Part shown: one piece after another, positions 52,891-61,900 of the stretch | Position numbering within the stretch: the stretch's first letter is position 1 | Layout: each line of letters opens with the position of its first letter | NCBI GenBank assembly: GCA_964445525.1 | Contig: CAYULA010000002.1 | Location: forward strand, 34,576-98,575 | Direction of reading: 5' to 3' | Length of the DNA: 64,000 nucleotides | From: an uncultured Thermoplasmatales archaeon | GTDB taxonomy: Archaea > Thermoplasmatota > Penumbrarchaeia > Penumbrarchaeales > Penumbrarchaeaceae | Program-made: the position numbers and the translations under genes | Notes under the pieces: generated by a model | The model's input: only the letters and a program-made list of their open reading frames with translations | Told to the model about the DNA's origin: nothing | Database searches by the model: none

Positions 52891-54855
52891 ATGGAAGACG
52901 AAGAGGGGAAGGAGGAAGGGACAGACGAAAAGAAGGCTCCCTCATTCACTCCGGTGAAAGCCATCATGCCGATTACCATGATGGTGGTACTGATCGTTGT
53001 AACACTGGCTCTTGCACTGTGGATAGGCCCCTATTTCGATGCGCTTGGAATTACATCGGAGATGAGCGAGTACGCCGACAATCCACTCTACGCATTCGTG
53101 TTTCTCGGATTCGTGATAGCCTTTGCGGTGTTCATCTTAGTTCTAAGGAAGCTCCTCAAGAGAAGAAGGTTCAAGCTGAAGTACATCTTCGCGTTTGCGG
53201 TCCTCCTCTCGTCCCTTTACATCCTCACGCCCGTGGTGGATATAATCGCGAACGGTTTCCCGGAGGTGTGGGAGGAGTACGATCTCGATATCGATGGCAT
53301 CCGGGGAGCTCTCCCCCTCGATCCGGAGGACTCCGGGAAGGGTATCATCATAGTAGCCGACACCTCCTTCCATGTCCTTGAAAGGGACGAATACGAATAT
53401 GACGAGGTCTGGATGATCGACGGTCTCGAAGAGACATTTGACCCCCATTTCAGCAACGGCCTGTGGGCCTTTGCGGGCAAGGACCAGGGAGAGAACAGAT
53501 ACTGGACAGTGGATGTCCAAGGAGAGGAGACATCATCGGGAACCGTGGAAAATGATAACTCTACCATGGATCTGCTAGGTGTTTCCGTCGCTTACCCCAA
53601 CGGAACTCATTACCTCATATCATTCTGGGAAGGAGAGGGAAACTGGTCCCTTCTTGCCAACAAACCCGGATCAGGAAGTTACTGGTCACCGATAGAATAC
53701 ATCGGTATCAACGAAGGGCCATTCCATCCTGTATTCGGCTGGTCAAACAACCGGTTCCATTACATCGCTGATGATTCTGTCAGATACCTGAAACTGGAGG
53801 CAAGCGAAGAAAAACTCAAGACCACAGGAAGTGGAGGGTCCGGAATCGGAAACTTCACCTGGACGGTTTCTCAGGGGGAGAATGTACTTCTTTGGTCGCC
53901 TGACCCTTATCTCAAAGCAGGAGATGGGTCGCCGACGAAAGAAAATGTAATCATAACCACCTTCATCATCGAGGGAAATTCTCACACCCACACCAAGGAA
54001 GGATACCACACCGGTCCGGTTGAAAACGGATACATGGTATCTTTTACGGAAAAAAATGAAGATCACAGACTTCTCTATCTCTCAGGAGACGAGGTCGGTG
54101 TTTTAACACCGGATTCGGAAGATACCTATTCCTTCACGGAGGATCCCATTGCCGTGTTCCAGGACGGTCCCGGCGGGGATATCTATCTCGTTTTCGAGGG
54201 AGCTGTCCTCATAGGCGATTTCGAGGACCAGGAGAGGATGCAGGTCTGGATCCAGGTTGCAGCCTTCCTGATCTCTCTTGGAATACTGGTACTCCTCCTC
54301 AAGGTCCCCAAATGGTGGATAATAGACATATCCGGGATCCTGATGGGGGCCGGCGTGGTCGCATTGATGGGGACCTCATTCCCGCTTCTTTTCACACTGC
54401 TTTTACTGATACTGCTTGCTATCTACGATGCGATCTCGGTATACAAAACAAAACACATGATTTCCCTTGCGGATGCGGTTGTGGAGTCCAAGATGCCCAT
54501 ACTCCTGGTATTCCCGATGAGGCTGGATTACCGCTACGAGGACGAGACCAACCTGATGGATCCCAAGCGCAAGAGGGAGTCCCTCTTCATGGGACTGGGA
54601 GACGTGATAATACCGGGAATACTGGTGGTATCCTCGTTCGCCTGGCTTCCGAGGGCAGAAGGATTGTTCGGCATCTCAGGTCCCTTGACGGTCGCATTGT
54701 TCTCACTTGCGGGAATGCTTTTAGGCTATGCCGTTCTGATAGGATGGGTTCTCAAGGGAAAGGCCCATGCGGGCCTCCCTCCTCTTAACGGAGGGGCCAT
54801 ACTCGGATTCCTTCTGGGGCATCTCCTTGTATACGGAACCTTCGTTTTCTGGTGA
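52891..54855 (+). CDS. Presenilin/signal-peptide-peptidase-like GxGD intramembrane aspartyl protease (9 TM) with a ~330-aa hydrophilic insertion between TM3 and TM4
   Basis: YD motif in a TM helix (LLAIYDAISVY). GLGD motif in the next helix (LFMGLGDVIIPGIL). A PAL-like motif near the C-terminus (HAGLPPLNGG). Nine hydrophobic segments. The insertion between TM3 and TM4 (residues ~130-450) is hydrophilic and has NxS/T sequons. Confidence 0.65.
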   Translation: MEDEEGKEEGTDEKKAPSFTPVKAIMPITMMVVLIVVTLALALWIGPYFDALGITSEMSEYADNPLYAFVFLGFVIAFAVFILVLRKLLKRRRFKLKYIFAFAVLLSSLYILTPVVDIIANGFPEVWEEYDLDIDGIRGALPLDPEDSGKGIIIVADTSFHVLERDEYEYDEVWMIDGLEETFDPHFSNGLWAFAGKDQGENRYWTVDVQGEETSSGTVENDNSTMDLLGVSVAYPNGTHYLISFWEGEGNWSLLANKPGSGSYWSPIEYIGINEGPFHPVFGWSNNRFHYIADDSVRYLKLEASEEKLKTTGSGGSGIGNFTWTVSQGENVLLWSPDPYLKAGDGSPTKENVIITTFIIEGNSHTHTKEGYHTGPVENGYMVSFTEKNEDHRLLYLSGDEVGVLTPDSEDTYSFTEDPIAVFQDGPGGDIYLVFEGAVLIGDFEDQERMQVWIQVAAFLISLGILVLLLKVPKWWIIDISGILMGAGVVALMGTSFPLLFTLLLLILLAIYDAISVYKTKHMISLADAVVESKMPILLVFPMRLDYRYEDETNLMDPKRKRESLFMGLGDVIIPGILVVSSFAWLPRAEGLFGISGPLTVALFSLAGMLLGYAVLIGWVLKGKAHAGLPPLNGGAILGFLLGHLLVYGTFVFW

Positions 54856-54901
54856 ACCGATAAGGATTTGATGCATCATCCTTCTCCACCTATGATATCG
54901 G

Positions 54902-55636
54902 ATGGAATCACTGATAGCTATACTGATCCTGATGTTCCTGCTCGGAACGGTCCAGGGTCTGACCGTATGCAATCTCACCTGCGGACCCCTGCTGATTCTC
55001 CGGCTTGCGGGACAGTCAAGAGGTGCCAGGGAGGGCCTGGGCCTTTCATTTCTCTTCTCGATGCCCAGAATAATCATCCTCACAATACTCGGAGCTCTCC
55101 TTGGAGCCCTGGGTTTCTCCATCTCATCACTTGCGGGCCTCTCATCTTTTCCCTGGTTCCAGGCAGTTGTATACATCATAATCGCTTTGATCATGATAGC
55201 CACCGGTTTCAGGTTCCTTGGATTCCCAAAAAAAAGGAGCAAGGACTGTCATGAACACGGATCGATGAACCGACTGCTGATGCTCATCATGAAACTCGGT
55301 CCGAGAAAAGGAGAGGCCGAGAAGAGATCCATGGTAGGCCTCGGGATCCTGGTATCCCTGATCTGTTTCGTGGAGGCATCCGGAGCTTCCCTGGCGGTGG
55401 CGCAGATGCTCTCACTGGATACCGGGGAGATCGGCTCCGGTATAATGGTTGGATCTCTAACGATGTTCTTTTATTCCGTCGGTCTGGCAGTCCCTCTACT
55501 GATCCTCGGTTCGGGGGCCTCGGAACTCGGAAAGAGATTGAACAGAGATGATGTCAGGATCGTGGGGGGGATACTCCTTATCGGATTCGGGTTACTACTG
55601 CTCATATTCGAGTTCATATCGATATTATTGTTCTAG
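54902..55636 (+). CDS. Polytopic membrane protein with a CxxxC motif in TM1. Possibly a DsbD_2/CcdA-like or TauE-like family member.
   Basis: ...GLTVCNLTCGPLLIL... in the first TM, and a second half with ...SGASLAVAQM.... Two homologous halves separated by a charged loop. Confidence 0.35.
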   Translation: MESLIAILILMFLLGTVQGLTVCNLTCGPLLILRLAGQSRGAREGLGLSFLFSMPRIIILTILGALLGALGFSISSLAGLSSFPWFQAVVYIIIALIMIATGFRFLGFPKKRSKDCHEHGSMNRLLMLIMKLGPRKGEAEKRSMVGLGILVSLICFVEASGASLAVAQMLSLDTGEIGSGIMVGSLTMFFYSVGLAVPLLILGSGASELGKRLNRDDVRIVGGILLIGFGLLLLIFEFISILLF

Positions 55637-55924
55637 GAAGAACAGATGGGAACCGCACCTGCAGTCCGAGCAGCCGAATCCTCTGATCGAATCGAATCTT
55701 TCGGAAAGAAGGGAAGCCGTCCCGCACTCATCCCCTTCCATATGTTCTTTGAAAAAAACCTTTCTGGATGTGGAATGACCTGTAATAGAATCGATGTGCC
55801 ATCTCCTCCTATTAGGGTTGGATAGATGTCTCTTCACCCTCCCCCAGAGTCCGGATTTCGCCGATCCGACATAGGCATATCTACCCTTCTTAAATGAAAC
55901 AGAACCTAGTGAACCCACATTCAC
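55625..55924 (-). CDS. DUF123-family (GIY-YIG-like) small protein. The conserved N-terminal region continues in frame upstream with no ATG, so this is either a non-canonical start or a pseudogene.
   Basis: ...FKKGRYAYVGSAKSGLWGRVKRHLS...RRRWHIDSI...GFGCSDCRCGSHLFF matches the DUF123 pattern. In frame upstream of the GTG used by the ORF table, the sequence reads ...PATYILILDFDVDREVNVGSLG..., which is also conserved-looking. The frame opens right after the aCPSF1 stop. Confidence 0.5.
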   Translation of the reverse strand: MNVGSLGSVSFKKGRYAYVGSAKSGLWGRVKRHLSNPNRRRWHIDSITGHSTSRKVFFKEHMEGDECGTASLLSERFDSIRGFGCSDCRCGSHLFFLEQ

Positions 55925-56030
55925 TTCCCTATCAACATCGAAATCAAGGATCAGAATGTAGGTGGCAGGACCCTCATAGGGATCATCAAGGTCGAGTTCG
56001 GAGTATCCCTCGACCGGGACCTTCAGGGTC

Positions 56031-57956
56031 TCACCTCAGCCTGAATGTTTCGAGGTTCAATGGTATGGTGGTGGTCATGCCGTATTTTCTATGCAATGAG
56101 GATGCAAGGTCCATCTCCTTGGTCTCGTCGCCGTGATGGATTATAATCCGATCGGGTTTTGGATCCATTGTCGAGATGTAGTTGATCAACTGCTTGCGGT
56201 CGGAGTGGCCTGAGAATCCGTCAACGGTCTCCGCATCTATCTTCAGACTGACGGACATGGGCTTGCCCTTCTCCGATATCATCAGCTCCTTCATGCCCTT
56301 CTGTATCTTCCTGCCCAGGGTGCCTTCCGCCTGGTAACCGACGAACACCAGAGTGTTCCTCGGGTCAGCTCCCCAGTATTTGAGATACTCCATTACCGGA
56401 CCTCCGTTGAGCATACCTGAGGTGGCCAGGACCACGGCCGGTTCGCTATCGTGTATGATCCTGTCCCTCATGTCCCTTGAATCCACCTTCTGGAAGAATT
56501 CCGAAAGGAAGGGATTCTCGTTGCGCTGAAATATCTGTGTCCTGAGCTGATTGTTGAGGAACTCGGGATAGGCGGTATGAATGGCGGTGGCCTCCCATAT
56601 CATTCCGTCCAGGTAGATCGGTGCCCTGGGGATCTGACCGTTCTTCATCTGTTTCTCCAGGACTATCATGACCTCCTGGGACCTCCCCACTGCAAACACG
56701 GGGACAAGGACCTTGCCTCCCCTGGAGAGGGTCCTCTTCATGACGTTCCTCATCTGGGTAGCGGCTTCCTTCCTGGTGGGCTGGAAGTCCCTTCTACCGC
56801 CGTAGGTGGATTCCATCACAAGCGCCTCCAATCTGGGGAACTTGTTCGTGGCGGAATTGAACAGCCAGGTTCTCTCGAACTTTATATCACCCGAATACGC
56901 TATGTTGAAGAGACCGTCGCCCACATGGAAATGGGGAGATGCCGAACCCAGGATATGACCCGCGTTGTGAAGTGTCAGCCTGATGTCCGGTGCTATGTCG
57001 GTGGTTTCGTTGTATTTGATGGGTATCGTGTGAAGTATCTCATCCTGAACGTGTTTGGATTCGTAAGGTGGCCTCTTACCTTCGGCCACGGCGACCTTGA
57101 TGTAATCCAGCTGCAGAAGGGCCATCATGTCCCTGGTGGGAGCTGTACAGTAGATCGGCCCGTCGAATCCATACTTGTACATAAGGGGAACCAGGCCGGA
57201 ATGGTCCAGATGAGCGTGTGTGAGGACCACCGCATCGATGGAATCGAATGGCTGGACCTCCGCCATCTGCAGATATGGAGATGGATGGTCCTGTGATCCG
57301 ACGTTCACTCCGATGTCTATTATCACCTTGGAATTCCTGGTGGTCAGCATGTGGCAGGACCTGCCCACTTCCCTGTAGCCTCCGAGACTCGTGGTCCTGA
57401 CCCAGTTCTCGTCATCGGGAATGTCACGGAAGATCCTCCTTCCGACCTTTTTCAGGAAATTCTTCCTCTTTTCGGTCACACCCGGTTCCTTGAGGAACTG
57501 CCTTATGTCCTTGACACTTTTGGATTCGATTGGAGGTGTCCTGACAACAAGCGGGGCCCATCCGGTCCTTTTCTTGATGTCGTTGAGATTGGAACCGTGC
57601 TTGCCTATGGCAAGACCGGGAGAGAGGGCTTCTATGGTAACCTCGTTGGAATCATGATTGAAGGCAACATCGGTGATCTTTGCCTCGTCGGGTATGATCT
57701 CCTTGATTATCTCGCTTGCCTCGTTTACATCCTTGACCAGGGAGGAATGGGGTCTGATCGCTACCCTCCTCTTAAGTCCCTGGGCAAGTTTCCTGACCAG
57801 ATTGGAATCGTACACGAACTCGTCCATGCTCCTCGTCTTGATCACTACCACAGGTCCCTCGAAATCGACCTCGGTGATCTCCACACCTTCGGGCACTATC
57901 GATTCCACATCGGCCTTGATACGCTTTATAAGGGCCTCATAACTCGTTTTAACCAC
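56031..57956 (-). CDS. aCPSF1 / FttA (KH-KH-metallo-beta-lactamase-beta-CASP ribonuclease; archaeal transcription termination factor)
   Basis: Two N-terminal KH domains. The MBL motif VVLTHAHLDHSGLVP. beta-CASP motifs. Length 641 aa. Confidence 0.85.
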   Translation of the reverse strand: MVKTSYEALIKRIKADVESIVPEGVEITEVDFEGPVVVIKTRSMDEFVYDSNLVRKLAQGLKRRVAIRPHSSLVKDVNEASEIIKEIIPDEAKITDVAFNHDSNEVTIEALSPGLAIGKHGSNLNDIKKRTGWAPLVVRTPPIESKSVKDIRQFLKEPGVTEKRKNFLKKVGRRIFRDIPDDENWVRTTSLGGYREVGRSCHMLTTRNSKVIIDIGVNVGSQDHPSPYLQMAEVQPFDSIDAVVLTHAHLDHSGLVPLMYKYGFDGPIYCTAPTRDMMALLQLDYIKVAVAEGKRPPYESKHVQDEILHTIPIKYNETTDIAPDIRLTLHNAGHILGSASPHFHVGDGLFNIAYSGDIKFERTWLFNSATNKFPRLEALVMESTYGGRRDFQPTRKEAATQMRNVMKRTLSRGGKVLVPVFAVGRSQEVMIVLEKQMKNGQIPRAPIYLDGMIWEATAIHTAYPEFLNNQLRTQIFQRNENPFLSEFFQKVDSRDMRDRIIHDSEPAVVLATSGMLNGGPVMEYLKYWGADPRNTLVFVGYQAEGTLGRKIQKGMKELMISEKGKPMSVSLKIDAETVDGFSGHSDRKQLINYISTMDPKPDRIIIHHGDETKEMDLASSLHRKYGMTTTIPLNLETFRLR

Positions 57957-58121
57957 CCCTTGAAATATTGTTAAAAGGGTTATACCGTTCAGTTAGCTCA
58001 TAGTCCTTTACAGAACATTGGTGATTTGAAATATGATCACAACCGCCCAATGGCGAGGACGGTATTGCGATAAATAATGGATAATGGGAGCGGATTATCC
58101 CGTTCCGGCCGCACTTATGAT

Positions 58122-58763
58122 CTATTTAATATTTAATTTTTGCTTCCTTTTTTCGAGATCTTTCTCGGTTAAGGGTTTCCATCCTGATTTTGAGATCACA
58201 ACTATATCATAGCCGTTTCCGGAAGCGCTGTCCCTCCTCATTGCGGCATTCAGGGCCTTTATTGCGATATCAACACCCTGGCTGCTCGAGAGGTCCTCCT
58301 TGAAATTGTCCTCGAGTACACCGTAAGCATAGGGCGATCCCGATCCTGTTGCACAGTATTTATCGGGTATGGAACCTCCCGCGGCATCAAGTGAGTAAAC
58401 ATGTCCCCCGTCCCTGTCCCAGCCTCCGAGGAGGAGCTGGACCCAGTAGGGGAAGTATCTGCTTCCCGAGAGAATATTGGCTGTGAGTGTTGCAGCGGCC
58501 TTGATGGTCATTGGCTGGTCCCTCTTCAGCCTGTAAAGCTCTGCCTCTGCGGTTATGTAACGTGAAAGGTTCTGCGCATCTCCCACGAGGCCCGCCGTGG
58601 TGAGACCTATATGCTCGTCTATCCTGAAGAGCTTCTGCGTCTCCGTATGTGCGATGAGGGTTCCCATGGTGGCCCTGTGCTCGGTAGCCAGAACAACCCC
58701 GTCCTTGCATACTATGCCAAGGGTTGTCGTGCCTGTTTTCATCTTTTCCTGTTCGTTGTTCAT
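58122..58763 (-). CDS. psmB: Proteasome beta subunit
   Basis: A propeptide followed by TTTLGIVCKDGVVLATEHRAT... (the active-site Thr after processing). Confidence 0.85.
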   Translation of the reverse strand: MNNEQEKMKTGTTTLGIVCKDGVVLATEHRATMGTLIAHTETQKLFRIDEHIGLTTAGLVGDAQNLSRYITAEAELYRLKRDQPMTIKAAATLTANILSGSRYFPYWVQLLLGGWDRDGGHVYSLDAAGGSIPDKYCATGSGSPYAYGVLEDNFKEDLSSSQGVDIAIKALNAAMRRDSASGNGYDIVVISKSGWKPLTEKDLEKRKQKLNIK

Positions 58764-58925
58764 GGGATTTAGCCTCCTTTAAAAGAACTTCGCCCTTCAT
58801 TCTATCCGCTATATATAAGGTTGTTGTAACCCGCCTGAAAATGGAAAATAACCAGGTCAGAAATATTTACCAGGGATTATCTATAAGTAATCATTAATAA
58901 TAGTTGACCCTCCCGGAGGAAATCG

Positions 58926-61900
58926 ATGAGATCACTTTCCCTTCCAACCGCCCTCGGTATTCTGATCATTGTTGTCGCGGGTCCCTCAAGCATGATAGCT
59001 GTGGAAGGGGACCAAGAACCTTTCGAGGATATCATCCCTCTCGACACCCAGGTTCCGCTTTCATTCAGGGGATGGGACAGAGACAGCGACGAAAACAGAG
59101 TGGATGACATGCTTTCGGGAAATGAGAACCTGGATGTCACCGAAGGTATGATAGGAATAAACGTCCACATGAAAGGACCCGTTACAGCCAAAGATGTGAG
59201 ATCCGTGATGGAAAGAGCTGAGGTCCTGGGTATGGATCCCGTTTTTCTGAGGGTCGGCTCCCATACAACTGCAATCTATCTTCTGGTCAGGGAATCCAAA
59301 GATTTCCGATCGCTTCTCATAGGAAACGTGGAATTTGTGGAGTACAGACCAATGACGATCCCATTTCTGGATTCGTCCTCGCCAGGGGTGAGGGCGGCCT
59401 CTTCCTCTGTTTACTCTCCTTTCACCGCAGAGGACCTTGGATACACGGGAGAGGGGATCACCATCGCTGTACTGGATTCCGGGGTGGATAACACTCTCCA
59501 CGAATCCCTCAGAGGGAAATACGAATACGGTGTTGATTTCACGGGGACAACGGTAGTCCAGGGCCTTGACCCCGATGACGTGGACGGCCACGGAACCCAT
59601 GTCGCCGGGACCGCACTGGGTTCCGGAGGAGGCACCGAAACCTACAGGGGAACGGCTCCCGAAGCCTCCCTGGTTGACCTGAAGATCTTCAAGACCTTCG
59701 GATCCTTCCTCGGGAACTCGGACCAGGCTTTCGAGTGGCTTATAGACAATCATGAGGAGAGGGATATCAAGGTGGTATCCTGCTCTTTCGGTTCCACCAA
59801 TCCGACATCCGGTCGCGATACAACCGCCCAGCTGGCAAACAGGCTGGTGGACGAGGGTGTCGTGGTTGTGGCCGCTGTTGGAAATGACGGAGCCCAGGGA
59901 ATACCGAGCCCTGCTTCGGCGGACAAGGTTATCTCGGTTGGAGCCTATTCGGATCAGGATACTATCGGGAGGGGAGACGATGTTGTTCAGGGATTCTCCA
60001 ACAGGGGACCGAGGAACAGCGACGGGGACCTGGACCAGACCGATGAATTGAAACCGGACATCTCCGCCCCGGGAAGGGACATCAGGGCCCCCAATCACAA
60101 TTCCGTTTTCGAGTATGTGGACAAGACAGGAACCTCGATGTCCTGCCCTCACATATCCGGAATTGCGGCATTGATGCTGCAGGCCAATCCCGAACTGTCC
60201 CCCTCGGATGTAAAATCCATTTTGAGAGACACAGCCCAGCAGGAATATTCCCCCTCAAGGCAGAATATCGATGACAAATACAATTACAGGTCCGGGTGGG
60301 GCCTCGTTGACGCGTACGGGGCTGTAAAGAGGTCTGTTGACCTGCTCAACCTCGAGATATCATCTCCGGTGGAGGTCGCTTCCGGGATCCCGCTTGATAT
60401 CAGGTTAACGGGTGAATTCACGAAGACCGAATACGATGAAACCCCGGACATTCACGAGATGGAGTTGAGGACCCCGTACGGTTGGGGAATACCTGACGAT
60501 ATCCGGACGGATCCCGACATGCTCGATGCGGATGTGGAGGTTATAGGCCCCGGAAGATCAGGGGACTCATGGATAACGACATTGAGAACATATTACAATT
60601 CAAGCTTCGAAGGGGCGGAACCCGAACTCTCCGTTACCGTGATACCCTCGGGCGGGGTAGGAGATTCCGGTAATGTACTCGGAACACTTACCATAAACGG
60701 GATCAATCTCAAAGCGGAGGTAAAGGAGATCAATATCACCGAAGGCCCCTCTCCTCCTGACCTCTCCATAGTCCCTCTTGCCATTTCATTTTCGGACAAT
60801 CTTCCCGAGAACGGTGACACCGTTGTGATAAACGTAAGGGTGAACAACACCGGCGGAAGGACCGTCGAGAACGCTCTGATCAGGCTCCTGGACGGTCCGG
60901 AAAGGACCGGGACGGTGATCGGAGAGGATACCATAATGGTGCCGTCCAGTTCATTCGGCATGGCGGAATTCGAATGGGTGGCCAATCCGGGGATCCATGC
61001 GATAACGGCAATAGCGGATCCGGAAAACGAGATAGCCGAATCCGACGAGGACAACAACGAGGCGGAGAGGCCCCTGACTGTCCGGGGTATAAATCCCCCG
61101 CCGGTTGCCCAGCTGGAAGTCAGTCCCTCCCAGGGAACCACCGTCACGAGGTTCGTGTTCGACGGGTCCTCATCACAGGACACCAACATAAGGGGAGGGA
61201 ACGTGGTTGCATACAACTTCGATTTCGGGGACGGGACCGAAAGCGGATGGGTGGATACATCCACAATAGAACACAGGTATCTTTCCGGTGGGAGCTACAC
61301 CGCATCATTGAGGGTCAGGGACAACGGCGGGGGGGAATCCACCAATGACGCGGAGGTGCAGGTCAACGTCTCCGAGGTTTCCTCCAGCAAGCAAGTCCTC
61401 TACCTGACCAACGATTCCAGGCTGGACCCGGACCCGGGTCCCCCGGGCAGCCGCGAGGTCGAGGGAAGGGTCGGTGAATGGTCCTCCGATCCCCTGGAAG
61501 AGACCAGAATGATCGGATCGCTTCTTTCCCTTAGAATGGAGATAACATCAATGGATCAGGGCGAGATGGAATACGAGATCGGTCTCCTGGTAGATGGTGA
61601 CGAGAGGGTCTTCCATACTGGATCGCAGACCCTCCTGGGAGGAGAGCAGAGCTTCCAGGTCGATATTACCATAGAGGAGCTGGTGGTGAAGGCTGGAGAG
61701 GACATATCCCTTGCCATATCGGCCACATCCTCAGCATCCGATACAAGACTGCTTGTTGGAGAGGACGGCACATTCCTGGAATACATGTATTACAATCCTC
61801 CCAACATGCCTCCCGAGGTGAATGCGGGAGAGGATATCGAGGTAAGGGTTGACACTCCCGTTACGTTCTCCGGTACAGCGGACGACCCCGACGGAAACAT

